The translations under genes and the position numbers were made by a program. DNA of 54,717 nt from Pseudomonadota bacterium. Its GTDB lineage: Bacteria; UBA10199; 2-02-FULL-44-16; JAAZCA01. Below are positions 16,659-27,149 of this stretch, piece by piece. Every line of letters begins with the position of its first letter. Within the stretch, counting starts at the first letter, position 1. A model generated the notes under the pieces. That model was not told the origin of the DNA. It searched no databases and was given only the letters and a program-made list of their open reading frames with translations. Location: assembly GCA_016927275.1 (NCBI GenBank), contig JAFGMW010000064.1, positions 1 to 54,717 of the forward strand. The letters run 5' to 3'.

Positions 16659-19106
16659 ATGATCAAGGCGGAAACAGAACGCAAATACAGGTCCGAATAC
16701 AGGAAGCTGCTTCTCATCTTCGTGGTCGCGGCCTTCTGCGTTGTCGCCGCCGGCACCGCCTATTATGTCTGGCAGCGCGCCAGGCTGTTCGAGATGGCCT
16801 CGGACACCATTGCCGCAGTGGCCGAGCTCAAGATCGGTCAGATCAACAGGTGGCGCGAGGGGCGGCTGCGCGACGCGAGGGTGCTCGGCCGGGACCCCTT
16901 CGTTGCCGAGGCGCTGGGAAAGATCCTGTCCGGCACCGATGCGAAAAGCGCGCGCGCACGCTTTGAAGGCTGGCTCACCGAAATCTGCAAGGGAACCGAG
17001 TACAGGGAGGGATACCTGCTCGACTCGGGCGGCCGCATCCTGGCGTCATCTTCCGGCGCGATACGGTCCATCGGCGATGACGCGCTGGCGATAGCGCTCA
17101 ATGCCATGCGTGAGTCGCGGCCGGACCTCGGCGATTTCCACAAGGGGATAATCGACGAGATCCACTTCGACGTCACGGCGCCGATAGGTTCCGGAGACGG
17201 CGGCGCCCCCTCGAGGGGTGCGTTCTTCCTGAGGGTCGATCCTGACTTCTACCTCTTCAGGATGCTCAGCGAATGGCCCACCCCGAGCGCAACGGCAGAG
17301 ACCCTGCTGGTGCGAAGGGATGGCGATAAAATCCTGTACCTGAACGAGCTGCGTCATCGGAAGGGGACCGCCCTTTTGCTCAGGCACCCCGTCTCCGCGC
17401 CCGATCTGCCGGCCGCGATGGGCGTGAGGGGCTCGCGCGGCGCCGTGAAGGGATATGACTATCGGGGCGTCGAGGTCCTCGCCTTCATCGATGAGGTGCC
17501 GGGCACGCAATGGGTGGTCGTGTCGAAGATCGACATGCGGGAGATCCTCTCCGCGCTGAGGTCTCGCTTCGCGATGATGCTGGCGGTCATGCTCGCGGCC
17601 ATCGCCGCCTCCGGCTTCATGATCTTCTGGATATGGCGCGCGCGGAGCGCCGAGTTCGCCGCGCGCGAGCTGTCGGAGCGAAGGCGGGCGGAGGAGCAAT
17701 ACAGGGTCGTCGTTCAGACGACCATCGACGGCTTCTGGGTGGCGGACATGGCGGGGCGATTCCTGGAGGTCAACGACGCCTATTGCCGGATGATCGGATA
17801 CGGCCGGGACGACCTGCTGAAGATGAGCATAACGGACGTCGAGGCGATAGAGAGCCGGGATGAGACGGCCGCCCGCATCAAGAAAATCGGAGAGCAGGGG
17901 CACGACCGCTTTGAGAGCCGCCACCGACGCAAGGACGGCACCATGATGGACGTTTCGGTCAGCGCCAACTACATGCCTGTGAACGGCAGGCGGATGGTCG
18001 TGTTCATTCGCGACATCACCGAGCGCAAGAAGACTGAGGAGGCTCTGCGGAGGAGCGAGACCAAATTCAGGACGCTGTTCGAGAACGCCAGCGACGCCAT
18101 ATTCCTGATGCAGGGGAACAGGTTCATCGACTGCAATGAGGGCACGCTCAGGATGTTCGGGTGCACGAGAGAGCAGATCGTCGGCCAGTACCCCTACGAC
18201 TTTTCCACCCCCCTTCAGCCGGACGGGCGGGACTCCAGGGAGAAGGCCATCGAGAACATCTCCGCGGCATATTCCGGGACGCCCCAGTTCTTCGAGTGGA
18301 GGCACACGAGGCTGGACGGGACTCCGTTCGACGCGGAGGTGAGCCTCAACAGAATGGAGCTGGGGGGCGAGCCCTATCTCCAGGCCATGGTCCGCGACAT
18401 CACCGGGCGAAAGAGGCTGGAGCGGATAAGGGCGAACCTCATCCGCGACGTCTCCCACAGCCTCAAGACCCCGATCGCCACCACGGCCATGGCGCTGGAG
18501 GTGCTCGCCAGGGCGGCGAAGATCGGAGACATGTCGGGCATCGACGGGGCCCACGGCATCATTGAGAGGAACCTACGCACGATGCAGGAGGACGTGGGCA
18601 AGATACTCAAGGTCTACGAGCTGGACGACATGATCGGTCAAAGGCGCGCGAGGCCTAAGGGGTCATGTTCGCTCAGGGGCACGGCTGAGGCGGTCCTGGA
18701 TAAGCTGCGCGACCAGGCCGGGGTAAAGGGGATCGATCTGTCGCTGGACCTGGACGTCGCCGCCGACGAAGTCGCCGTGGAGGCCGGGGACATGGAGACC
18801 ATCCTCAGAAACCTCGTCGAGAATGCGATAAAGTTCACCGACAGGGGCAGGGTCTCCGTGGCAGCGAGAAGGGCGGGCGGGATGGCCGAGATCTCCGTGT
18901 CCGACACCGGCAGGGGCATATCCTCCGGGGATATGGGCCTCATATTCGAGAAGTTCTTCCAGCGGAACCCCGCGACAGAGGGGGTGGGGCTAGGGCTTTC
19001 GATATGCAGGGAGACCGCGGAGCTCTACGGAGGCGCGGTGAGCGGCCGTTCCGATGGCGAGGGAAAGGGCGCGACATTCACCGTCCTTTTGCCCCTTGCA
19101 CGCTGA
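16659..19106 (+). CDS. Membrane sensor histidine kinase (periplasmic Cache-like domain, 2 PAS, HisKA, HATPase)
   Basis: Two TMs, two PAS/PAC repeats, SHSLKTP H-box, [16 protein letters not shown] and GVGLGLSIC. Confidence 0.92.
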   Translation: MIKAETERKYRSEYRKLLLIFVVAAFCVVAAGTAYYVWQRARLFEMASDTIAAVAELKIGQINRWREGRLRDARVLGRDPFVAEALGKILSGTDAKSARARFEGWLTEICKGTEYREGYLLDSGGRILASSSGAIRSIGDDALAIALNAMRESRPDLGDFHKGIIDEIHFDVTAPIGSGDGGAPSRGAFFLRVDPDFYLFRMLSEWPTPSATAETLLVRRDGDKILYLNELRHRKGTALLLRHPVSAPDLPAAMGVRGSRGAVKGYDYRGVEVLAFIDEVPGTQWVVVSKIDMREILSALRSRFAMMLAVMLAAIAASGFMIFWIWRARSAEFAARELSERRRAEEQYRVVVQTTIDGFWVADMAGRFLEVNDAYCRMIGYGRDDLLKMSITDVEAIESRDETAARIKKIGEQGHDRFESRHRRKDGTMMDVSVSANYMPVNGRRMVVFIRDITERKKTEEALRRSETKFRTLFENASDAIFLMQGNRFIDCNEGTLRMFGCTREQIVGQYPYDFSTPLQPDGRDSREKAIENISAAYSGTPQFFEWRHTRLDGTPFDAEVSLNRMELGGEPYLQAMVRDITGRKRLERIRANLIRDVSHSLKTPIATTAMALEVLARAAKIGDMSGIDGAHGIIERNLRTMQEDVGKILKVYELDDMIGQRRARPKGSCSLRGTAEAVLDKLRDQAGVKGIDLSLDLDVAADEVAVEAGDMETILRNLVENAIKFTDRGRVSVAARRAGGMAEISVSDTGRGISSGDMGLIFEKFFQRNPATEGVGLGLSICRETAELYGGAVSGRSDGEGKGATFTVLLPLAR

Positions 19107-19141
19107 GGATTTTTGATCGATATTTCGCAGGGAGGTGGACC

Positions 19142-19525
19142 GTGCCGGAGAATAAAGGGGCCAAGCGCATCCTCATAGTCGAGGACAGCAAGGACATGCG
19201 GGAGATCTACCGCACCTTTTTCAAGAACCACTCGGGCGAGTACGCGATAGAGATCGAGGGCGACGCCCAGGCCGCGCTCCAGCGGATAAAGAACACGTCG
19301 CCGGACCTCATCGTGCTCGACATCATAATGGAGCCGATGACCGGCGAGGCGTTCCTCGTCCACGCAAGGCATAACAAAACCACACAGGACACGCCGATAG
19401 TGATCGTCAGCGTGCTCAGCGAGAGCATCCTGAAGGGCATCTCCCGTCACAAGAACCTTGAGTTCCTGCAGAAGCCCATCACCGAGGTCCAGCTCATGGG
19501 CGCCATCAAAAAGAAAATCGGCTGA
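19142..19525 (+). CDS. Single-domain response regulator
   Basis: GGAGG SD and GTG start; ILIVED, PDLIVLDIIM, IVIVS, FLQKP. Confidence 0.9.
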   Translation: MPENKGAKRILIVEDSKDMREIYRTFFKNHSGEYAIEIEGDAQAALQRIKNTSPDLIVLDIIMEPMTGEAFLVHARHNKTTQDTPIVIVSVLSESILKGISRHKNLEFLQKPITEVQLMGAIKKKIG

Positions 19526-19552
19526 GGAGAGGCGGTCAGGCAGGGGGGAGGC

Positions 19553-20635
19553 TCATCGGAGCGCGGGCACGTCGCGCCCCTCGCCGTGATCCGGCATCCA
19601 GAAATCCCTTATCAGGTCCGGCGTCGAGACGAGGGCGTTCGCCAGCCTCTCGATCGCCTCGAACTGGCCGTCGTCGCCGAGCCTGAACGTGCCGTAGTGG
19701 ATCGGGATGCTCACGCGCGAGCCGAGTAGCCTGTGCGCCTCTATCGCCTGCCCGGGCGAGAGGTGCATGGGCTGCATGAACCATGCGGGCAGAAACGCGC
19801 CGATGGGGAGCGCCGCGAGCCTGGGCGGGCCGTAGCGGTCCCGGATATTTGCCAGGTGGCGCCCCCAGCCGGTGTCCGCGGCGAAATAGATGGGCCCCGC
19901 GGGAGCCGCTATCACGAAGCCGCCCCAGAGCGCGCGGTTGCGGTCGCAGAGCGAGCGGCTCGAGAAGTGGCGCGCAGGCACGTAGGCCAGCTTCACCCCC
20001 GGCGAGATCTCGGCCTCGTCCCACCAGTCCATCTCACTCGCGCCCCCGATCCCGGCGGCCTTCAGCGTGGCGGCGTTCCCCAGCCCAGTGAAGAAGCGCG
20101 GGGAGTGCTCGCGGGCCAGGCGCGCAAGCGTGGGCATGTCCATGTGATCGTAGTGGTTGTGGCTCACGAGAACGATGTCGATGCGCGGAAGCTCCTCGAA
20201 TCTGATCCCCGGCGTCCGGCGCCTCCTGATGCCGATCCATGAGGCAGGGCCGATCCTTTCCGACCACACGGGGTCCGTGAGTATGTTGAGCCCCTCCGTC
20301 TGGATGAGCAGCGTGGAGTGGCCCACGAACGTGACACGCAACCTGCCGCCTTCCACACTCTTCGGCGGGGGAGGGCCCGGCTCCGCGTCGAGCCGCTCGA
20401 GCCACGGGCCGGGCTTTCTGGTCCAGCTCCACCTGAGGAAGCGGGCGAAGCCGAGGCCCGGCGTCGCCGGCAGGTTGTGAAAACTCCTGCCGTCGAAGTG
20501 GTCTGTGACAGGGCCCCTGTATCGGGGCGTCCCTGTGACGAAGCACCCGTAGGACATGAGGATGAGGAGCGCGGCAAGGATCGCCGCCAGCATCATTGTA
20601 AGGGGCCTGATCCTGAAAAGGCGCGATCGCTGCAT
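19553..20635 (-). CDS. MBL-fold metallo-hydrolase (NAPE-PLD/RomA-like), exported
   Basis: TFVGHST, ILTDPVWS, SHNHYDH, PARHFS, YFAADTG and PIHYGTF motifs. Confidence 0.88.
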   Translation of the reverse strand: MQRSRLFRIRPLTMMLAAILAALLILMSYGCFVTGTPRYRGPVTDHFDGRSFHNLPATPGLGFARFLRWSWTRKPGPWLERLDAEPGPPPPKSVEGGRLRVTFVGHSTLLIQTEGLNILTDPVWSERIGPASWIGIRRRRTPGIRFEELPRIDIVLVSHNHYDHMDMPTLARLAREHSPRFFTGLGNAATLKAAGIGGASEMDWWDEAEISPGVKLAYVPARHFSSRSLCDRNRALWGGFVIAAPAGPIYFAADTGWGRHLANIRDRYGPPRLAALPIGAFLPAWFMQPMHLSPGQAIEAHRLLGSRVSIPIHYGTFRLGDDGQFEAIERLANALVSTPDLIRDFWMPDHGEGRDVPALR

Positions 20636-20750
20636 CACCGCGATTAGTGGACGGCGAGATGTGAAAAGTCAATTATTTCGCCGCGTCCTCTTCCTTTGAC
20701 AATCGCCCATGTTCAGGGTAATCGAAACTTCTCGGCAAAGGGGGAGAAGG

Positions 20751-21968
20751 ATGCACTCGGCGGTTCCCGTCACCGATTCGATCACCTGGATAGGCGCCAA
20801 CGACCGCGAGACCGACCTCTTCGAGGGGCTCTGGCCGCTGCCCCGCGGTGTCTCATACAACTCGTACCTCGTGAAGGCCGCGAAGACCGCCGTCATCGAC
20901 ACGGTCAAGCGCAACTCCTTCGACCGCTATCTTGACAACATCCGCCGCTGCGTCGGCTGCGACGGCATCGTCGACTATCTCGTCGTGAACCACATGGAGC
21001 CCGACCACTCCGGCTCGATCCGGCTCCTGCTCAATATCTTCCCCGAGATGAAGATCGTGGGCAACGCGAAGACCGCCGCATTTCTGGAGCAGTTCTACGG
21101 CATCAGGGATAACGTCGTCACGGTGGCCGAAGGCGGGGAGCTCGACCTCGGGGGCAGGGTCCTCGGATTCCACATGACGCCGATGGTCCACTGGCCGGAG
21201 ACGATGATGACCTATGACGCGGCCGAGGGGGTCCTCTTCTCCGGCGACGCATTCGGCGGCTTCGGGGCGCTGGAGGGCGGCATCTTCGACGACGAGGTGG
21301 ACATCGACTACTTCGAGGGCGAGATCCTGCGCTATTTCTCCAACATAGTCGGGAAATACTGCATTCCCGTGCAGGCGGCGCTCAAGAAGCTCGCGGGGCT
21401 CGGCGTGAAGACGATCTGCGCGACGCACGGCCCGATCTGGCGCAAGGACCCTTCATGGATCATCGAGCGCTACGACCGCTGGAGCAGGCACGAGGGCGAG
21501 GAGGGCGTGGTCGTCGTCTACGGCTCCATGTACGGCAACACGGAGAGGATGATGGAGGCCTGTGCCGTGGGTCTGGCGGACGAGGAGGTCTCGCGCGTGC
21601 GCATCCACGACGTCTCGCGCATGCACGTCTCATATCTCATACGCGATGCGTGGCGCTTCCGCGGTCTCATACTCGGCAGCCCGACCTACGACACGGGGCT
21701 CTACCCGCCGATGGACCACTTCATCCGGCTGCTCGCGCACAAGAGGCTCATGAACCGGGTGCTCGGCCTGTTCGGCACCTTCGGCTGGAGCGGAGGCGGG
21801 GTCTCCACGCTCACGGAATTCGCAAAGGGGGGCCGGGGGGCCTGGGATCTGGTCGAGCCGATTGTGGAGGCCAGGTGCGCGCCGAGCGCAGAGGACCTCA
21901 AGAGGTGCGAGGAGCTGGGGCGCAATGTGGTCAAGAGGCTGAGGGGGGAGCTAGAAGCTAGAAGCTAG
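20751..21968 (+). CDS. fprA: Flavodiiron protein (FprA, class A)
   Basis: NHMEPDHSG, MVHWPE, FSGDAFG and THGP diiron ligands; flavodoxin domain YGSMYGNT. Confidence 0.93.
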   Translation: MHSAVPVTDSITWIGANDRETDLFEGLWPLPRGVSYNSYLVKAAKTAVIDTVKRNSFDRYLDNIRRCVGCDGIVDYLVVNHMEPDHSGSIRLLLNIFPEMKIVGNAKTAAFLEQFYGIRDNVVTVAEGGELDLGGRVLGFHMTPMVHWPETMMTYDAAEGVLFSGDAFGGFGALEGGIFDDEVDIDYFEGEILRYFSNIVGKYCIPVQAALKKLAGLGVKTICATHGPIWRKDPSWIIERYDRWSRHEGEEGVVVVYGSMYGNTERMMEACAVGLADEEVSRVRIHDVSRMHVSYLIRDAWRFRGLILGSPTYDTGLYPPMDHFIRLLAHKRLMNRVLGLFGTFGWSGGGVSTLTEFAKGGRGAWDLVEPIVEARCAPSAEDLKRCEELGRNVVKRLRGELEARS

Positions 21969-21991
21969 AAGCTAGAAGCTAGAGGCTGGAG
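21950..21991 (+). repeat. Heptamer tandem array (GCTAGAA)x4 plus 2 degenerate units
   Basis: Read directly; spans the fprA stop codon at 21966-21968. Confidence 0.9.
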
Positions 21992-22086
21992 ACAATCGGT
22001 CGTTTTTCCGGCCCCTTATTTGATTGCAGACTGAATAGCTTATATATATACGGATTGAAAGACACACTCAGCGAAAGGAGATCGAG

Positions 22087-22659
22087 ATGGCACTGAAAGG
22101 CACCAAGACAGAGCGAAACCTTCTGCAGTCGTTCGCTGGCGAGTCGCAGGCGCGCAACCGCTACACCTACTTCGCCAGCCAGGCGAAGAAGGAGGGGTAT
22201 GTCCAGATCTCCCACATATTCGAGGAGACCGCGAACCAGGAGAAGGAGCACGCCAAGCGCTTCTTCAAGTTCCTCGAGGGGGGCATGGCGGAGATCGGCG
22301 GCATGTTTCCGGCCGGAAAGATAGGCACGACGCTCGAGAACCTCGCCGAGGCGGCAGCCGGCGAGCGCAACGAGTGGTCGGAAATGTATCCCGGCTTCGC
22401 CAGGATCGCGCGCGACGAGGGTTTCAAGGAGGTGGCCGAAGCGTTCGAGGCGGTGGCGGTCGCGGAGAAACAGCACATGCGGCGCTACGAGGCGCTCAAG
22501 GCCAACATCGAGAAGGGGATAGTGTTCACGCGGCAGGAGGAGACGACATGGCGGTGCCTCAACTGCGGCTACGTGCACACGGGCAAGGGCGCGCCTGACA
22601 AGTGCCCGGCCTGCCAGCACCCGAAGGCTTATTTCGAGATGCTGGGGGAGAACTGGTAG
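22087..22659 (+). CDS. rbr: Rubrerythrin
   Basis: FAGESQARNRY, ETANQEKEHA, EKQH; C-terminal CLNCG…CPAC. Confidence 0.96.
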   Translation: MALKGTKTERNLLQSFAGESQARNRYTYFASQAKKEGYVQISHIFEETANQEKEHAKRFFKFLEGGMAEIGGMFPAGKIGTTLENLAEAAAGERNEWSEMYPGFARIARDEGFKEVAEAFEAVAVAEKQHMRRYEALKANIEKGIVFTRQEETTWRCLNCGYVHTGKGAPDKCPACQHPKAYFEMLGENW

Positions 22660-22665
22660 TGAAAA

Positions 22666-22712
22666 CCGTGACTCGTAACTCGTAACTCGTGACTCGTGAC
22701 TCGTAACTCGTG
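22666..22712 (+). repeat. Heptamer tandem array (ACTCGTR)x6
   Basis: ccgtg actcgta actcgta actcgtg actcgtg actcgta actcgtg between rbr and dfx. Confidence 0.9.
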
Positions 22713-22737
22713 AATGGTTTGAGAAAAGGGGGGATAT

Positions 22738-23118
22738 ATGGCAACGAAGCTTCTTCAGATCTACAGGTGCGAGGTGTGCGGCAACATGGTGGAGATGGTG
22801 CACGCGGGCGCCGGCGAGCTCGTCTGCTGCGGACAGCCGATGAAGCTGCTTGCGGCGAACACCTCAGACGGGGCCAAGGAGAAGCACGTGCCCGTGATAG
22901 AGAGGACGGACTCCGGGTATCTGGTGAAGGTGGGCAGCGCGCCGCACCCCATGGAGGAGAAGCACTACATAGAGTGGATCGAGCTGATCGCTGACGGACT
23001 CGCGCACAGGCAGTTTTTGAAGCCCGGCGACAAGCCGGAGGCCGCGTTCTGCGTCTTGGCCAAAACCGTCACGGCCCGCGAATACTGCAATATCCACGGG
23101 CTGTGGAAAGGGGAATGA
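22738..23118 (+). CDS. dfx: Desulfoferrodoxin (class I superoxide reductase)
   Basis: CEVCGN…CCGQPM desulforedoxin domain; EKHVP, HPM, HYIEWI, CNIHG. Confidence 0.96.
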   Translation: MATKLLQIYRCEVCGNMVEMVHAGAGELVCCGQPMKLLAANTSDGAKEKHVPVIERTDSGYLVKVGSAPHPMEEKHYIEWIELIADGLAHRQFLKPGDKPEAAFCVLAKTVTAREYCNIHGLWKGE

Positions 23119-23150
23119 CCCCCTTTCGATCCCAAGCTCGGCGAGCGCGA

Positions 23151-24833
23151 ATGACTGATACGAGATCTCTAAATATCCTCATCGGCGGCGAGGCGGGCCA
23201 GGGGCTGGTCACGCTCGGCCACCTACTCTCGAAGATGCTCGTGCGCCGGGGGTTTCGCATCGTGGTGTCGCAGGACTACCAGTCCCGCATCCGCGGCGGC
23301 CACAACACCTTCCGGATAAGGGCCTCGTCATCCGAGATCTCGGCGCCTGAGGAGAGGATCGACCTGCTGGTCGCCCTGAACCCCGAGACATTCGAGTTGC
23401 ACCACGCCTCGCTGCGCGAGGGAGGCTACATCCTGGCGTCGGAGAAACACTCGATAGATCACGCGAGGTGTCTCGCGGTCCCCTACAAGGAGCTCGCAGG
23501 CAATCCGCGCTACGATAACACCGTGGCGCTGGGCATATCGTGCGCTTTGCTGGGGCTGCCGAAGGATGCGGCCGCCTCCGCGGTCGAGTCTGCATTCGGC
23601 AGGAAGGAGGCCTCCGTCGTTGAGGCCAACGAGGCGGCCCTCTCCCGTGCATACGAATGGGCGGGGGCGAGGAGGATAGACCGCCTTGGCGAGCCGGAGG
23701 GGGGCGCGGCCCGCATGATGCAGAACGGCAACGAGGCGATAGCGCTCGGCGCGCTCGCCGCGGGGCTCAAGTTCTATGCGTTCTATCCCATGACGCCGGC
23801 GACCTCGATCGCGCTGACCCTCGCCGCGCATTCCCGCAGGATGGGCGTGGTGGTGGAGCAGGTGGAGGACGAGATCGCGGCGATCAACATGGCGATAGGG
23901 GCCTCGTATGCGGGAGCGCCGAGCATGGTCGGCACCTCGGGCGGCGGATTCGCCCTCATGGTCGAGGGCGTGAGCCTCGCCGCCATGACCGAGACTCCTA
24001 TCGTGATAGTTGTCTCGCAGAGGCCGGGGCCGGCCACCGGGCTGCCCACGCGCACGGAGCAGGCGGACCTGGAGCTCGTCCTTCACGCGGGCCACGGCGA
24101 GTTCCCGCGCGCAATATTCGCTCCCGGCACGGTGGAGCAGTGTTTCTCTCTCGCGCACAAGGCCATGCACCTGGCAGAGAGGGTGCAGGGGCCGATATTC
24201 ATCCTCACCGATCAGTATCTTGCGGACTCCTACAGGTCCGTGGAGCCGTTCGATCTCTCTCGTCTCAAGCCGGTCTCGCCGGGCATGGATCCGAAGTCAG
24301 CGGGCGCCGATTACCTCCGCCACAGGATGATGCCGGACGGCATATCGCCGAGGCTCCTCCCGGGCGCCTGCGAGCGCCTTGTGGTGACCGACTCGGACGA
24401 GCACACCGAGGACGGCCACATCACCGAGGACCTCTCCGTCCGAAAGAGGATGGTGGAGAAGAGGCACGCGAAGATGGGGGCGATGATGTCGGAGCTGGTC
24501 TTGCCAACGTACGCGGGCGACGAGGCGGCCGAGCTGCTGATGGTATGCTGGGGCTCCACCAGGGGCATCGTCGACGAGGCGGCCGCATCGATGCGGGCGG
24601 AGGGGCGCAGCGTCGCTGTCATGCACTTCTCGCAGGTCTGGCCGCTGGACCCGGCGCAGTTCCTCGGGAGGCTTCAGGCCGCGAAGAGGGTGGCGGCTGT
24701 GGAGGGCAACTCGACCGCACAGTTCGCGCGGCTCGTCCGCCGCGAGAGCGGATTCGAGATCAAGGAGAGGGTGCTCCGATACGACGGCCTCCCTATCACT
24801 CCGGATTACATATTGAAGGCGCTGGAATCGTAG
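23151..24833 (+). CDS. 2-oxoacid:acceptor oxidoreductase alpha subunit (with N-terminal gamma-like domain)
   Basis: GGEAGQG, YQSRIRGGH, YPMTPAT, EDEIAA, TSGGGFALM, QRPGPATGLPT. Start could be 23115. Confidence 0.93.
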   Translation: MTDTRSLNILIGGEAGQGLVTLGHLLSKMLVRRGFRIVVSQDYQSRIRGGHNTFRIRASSSEISAPEERIDLLVALNPETFELHHASLREGGYILASEKHSIDHARCLAVPYKELAGNPRYDNTVALGISCALLGLPKDAAASAVESAFGRKEASVVEANEAALSRAYEWAGARRIDRLGEPEGGAARMMQNGNEAIALGALAAGLKFYAFYPMTPATSIALTLAAHSRRMGVVVEQVEDEIAAINMAIGASYAGAPSMVGTSGGGFALMVEGVSLAAMTETPIVIVVSQRPGPATGLPTRTEQADLELVLHAGHGEFPRAIFAPGTVEQCFSLAHKAMHLAERVQGPIFILTDQYLADSYRSVEPFDLSRLKPVSPGMDPKSAGADYLRHRMMPDGISPRLLPGACERLVVTDSDEHTEDGHITEDLSVRKRMVEKRHAKMGAMMSELVLPTYAGDEAAELLMVCWGSTRGIVDEAAASMRAEGRSVAVMHFSQVWPLDPAQFLGRLQAAKRVAAVEGNSTAQFARLVRRESGFEIKERVLRYDGLPITPDYILKALES

Positions 24834-24851
24834 GGGCCGATGGCGGCCCTT

Positions 24852-24875
24852 CGAGTAACGAGTAACGAGTCACGG
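24852..24875 (+). repeat. Heptamer tandem array (CGAGTAA)x2-CGAGTCA-CGG
   Basis: Between the alpha stop and the beta start. Confidence 0.8.
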
Positions 24876-24878
24876 ATC

Positions 24879-25730
24879 ATGGTAAATATATCGGATTACG
24901 GAAATCACGAGACCGCATGGTGCCCCGGGTGCGGGAACTTCCCTATCCTCGAGTGCGTGAAGCGGGCGCTCGTGGAGCTCGAGCTCGCCCCGCACCGGGT
25001 CCTCTTCGTGTCGGGCATCGGCCAGGCCGCGAAGGCGCCGCACTACCTCGACTGCAACCTCTTCGACGGCCTGCACGGCAGGGCGCTCCCTGCGGCCACG
25101 GGCGCAAAGCTCGCCAACCGCAGGCTCGCGGTGATCGTGGAGAGCGGGGACGGCTGCGCCTACGGCGAGGGCGGAAACCACTTCCTCGCCGCGATCAGGC
25201 GCAACGTCGACCTCACTTTGATCGTGCACAACAACCAGGTCTACGGCCTCACCAAGGGGCAGGCGAGCCCGACGTCGGAGGAGGGGTTCGTCACGAAGGC
25301 ACAGCCGGCGGGCGTCTTCTCCGAGCCGTTCCATCCGCTCGGGGTGGCGATCGCCATGCACGCGGGGTTCGTGGCGCGCAGCTTCAGCGGGATGAAGGAG
25401 CACGTCGTCGAGATGATCAAGCGGGCGGTCTCGCACCGCGGATTCTCGCTTGTCGACGTTCTGCAGCCGTGCGTCTCCTTCAACAAGGTCAACACCTTCG
25501 CTTGGTACAAGGACCGATGCCGGCCGCTGCCGGAGGGGTACGATCCGACGAACTGGGACGAGGCCATGAGGACCGCCATGCGCTGGGGAGAGGAGATCCC
25601 GATCGGCGTGATCTACGAGAACAGGAGGCGGACCTTCGAGGAGCACTTCGACTGGATAGACGATGGGGGGCTCGTGGACACGCCTTACTCAAGCGAGAGG
25701 CTGGCGGAACTGATCAAGGGCTATGCCTGA
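24879..25730 (+). CDS. 2-oxoacid:acceptor oxidoreductase beta subunit (TPP-binding)
   Basis: WCPGCGNF, SGIGQ, LHGRALP, GDG…GGNH…NN…YGLTKGQASPT. Confidence 0.93.
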   Translation: MVNISDYGNHETAWCPGCGNFPILECVKRALVELELAPHRVLFVSGIGQAAKAPHYLDCNLFDGLHGRALPAATGAKLANRRLAVIVESGDGCAYGEGGNHFLAAIRRNVDLTLIVHNNQVYGLTKGQASPTSEEGFVTKAQPAGVFSEPFHPLGVAIAMHAGFVARSFSGMKEHVVEMIKRAVSHRGFSLVDVLQPCVSFNKVNTFAWYKDRCRPLPEGYDPTNWDEAMRTAMRWGEEIPIGVIYENRRRTFEEHFDWIDDGGLVDTPYSSERLAELIKGYA

Positions 25731-25743
25731 GGCGGGGGGGGGG

Positions 25744-26256
25744 ATGGACTTCAATATCGCAAGGGACACAGCGGGCCTCAACCAGGCGCTCTTCTCGGTG
25801 ACGCACGGCCTCTACATCCTCACATCCAGGGCCGGCGACCGAATCAACGGCCAGTGCCTCGATTCGCTCATGCAGGTGACCAACATGCCGCCGCGCATCG
25901 CCATAGGGGTCGGCAAGCGCTCGCTCACGCACGAGATGATAACGGAGTCCGGGGTCTTCGTGGCCAACGTCATAGACAGGGGTTTTGCCGGGTGCTACGA
26001 CGACGTGAAGCGCTTCGGGTTCCAGAGCGGACGCAAGGTCGACAAGTTTGCGGACAGGGCGCAGGAGCCCGGGGAGATGGGCGCGCCGATCCTTCCGGAG
26101 GCGAAGGCGTTCTACGAGTGCAGGGTGATCAGCGACAAGACGCTGGACCTCGGCACCCACACGCTCTTCGTGGCGGATGTGATAAGGGCCGGCACCCGTG
26201 AATCGGGGGAGCCGCTGACGTATAATGAGTATCGCAGGGTGATGAAAAAGAAATAG
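25744..26256 (+). CDS. Flavin reductase-like protein resembling the N-terminal domain of high-molecular-weight rubredoxin (Hrb)
   Basis: THGLYILTS…INGQ…QVT..PP.IAI…[35 protein letters not shown]. Confidence 0.85.
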   Translation: MDFNIARDTAGLNQALFSVTHGLYILTSRAGDRINGQCLDSLMQVTNMPPRIAIGVGKRSLTHEMITESGVFVANVIDRGFAGCYDDVKRFGFQSGRKVDKFADRAQEPGEMGAPILPEAKAFYECRVISDKTLDLGTHTLFVADVIRAGTRESGEPLTYNEYRRVMKKK

Positions 26257-26282
26257 CACGAGTCACGAGTCACGAGTCACGA
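26257..26282 (+). repeat. Heptamer tandem array (CACGAGT)x3-CACGA
   Basis: Begins on the first base after the flavin reductase TAG. Confidence 0.9.
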
Positions 26283-26299
26283 AAACAGCGGGGGTTCAT

Positions 26300-26464
26300 A
26301 TGCAGAAATGGATATGTCAGGTCTGCGGCTACATCTACGATCCGGCGGCGGGCGACCCGGCCAACGGCGTGGACCCCGGCACCGCCTTCGAGGATCTGCC
26401 GGACGACTGGGTCTGCCCAGAGTGCGGGGTGGGCAAGGACCAGTTCGAGAAGATCCACAACTGA
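26300..26464 (+). CDS. Rubredoxin (54 aa; not in ORF track)
   Basis: [54 protein letters not shown] with two CxxC motifs. Confidence 0.97.
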   Translation: MQKWICQVCGYIYDPAAGDPANGVDPGTAFEDLPDDWVCPECGVGKDQFEKIHN

Positions 26465-26471
26465 GGCGGCG

Positions 26472-27149
26472 ATGCGCGAGGTCAGGCTCGGGGACGAATC
26501 GTTTCTTCCCACCAAGGTCGTGTGCGTGGGCAGGAACTTCCCTGACCACGCACGGGAGATGGGCGGTGAATCCCCCTTCAGCGAGCCGGTCATATTCATC
26601 AAGCCGAACTCCTCGATAGCGAGCTCCCCCGCCGAGCTCTTCATCCCGGAGGGTCTGGGGCTTCTGCACCACGAGGTCGAGCTGTGCGCGCTGGTTGGCC
26701 GAACGGTCTTCTCCGCCTCCGGGGAGGAGGCGGCCGATGCGGTCGCAGGCTGGGCGGTGGGCATAGACTTCACGCTCAGGGAGAGGCAGGCGGCCGCCAA
26801 GAGGTCGGGCGGGCCCTGGGCGCTCTCTAAGGGTTTCGACGGCGCCGCGGTCCTGGGCGAATTCAGGAGGGCGGGCCGTGATTTCGATCCCGGCTCCGCG
26901 GAGCTTTCGCTCCGTGTCGACGGAAAAGAGCGCCAGCGCGGCAACGCGCGCGACATGACGTTTTCGCCGCAGGAGATAATCGGCTTCGTCTCGGGCTTCA
27001 TGACCCTCGAGCGCGGCGACGTGGTCATGTGCGGCACCCCGGCGGGCGTGGGGCAGGTGAACGACGGGGAGAGGATCAGGGCCGAGGCGGAGGGGCTCGC
27101 GGTCCTTGAGTTCACCCTCAAAAGATCAAGGGGGGGATCATGCATGTGA
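26472..27149 (+). CDS. Fumarylacetoacetate hydrolase family protein (YcgM/FAHD-like)
   Basis: CVGRNFPDHAREM, FIKP, HHEVEL, GIDFTLR, SKGFDG, GTPAGVG. Confidence 0.9.
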   Translation: MREVRLGDESFLPTKVVCVGRNFPDHAREMGGESPFSEPVIFIKPNSSIASSPAELFIPEGLGLLHHEVELCALVGRTVFSASGEEAADAVAGWAVGIDFTLRERQAAAKRSGGPWALSKGFDGAAVLGEFRRAGRDFDPGSAELSLRVDGKERQRGNARDMTFSPQEIIGFVSGFMTLERGDVVMCGTPAGVGQVNDGERIRAEAEGLAVLEFTLKRSRGGSCM

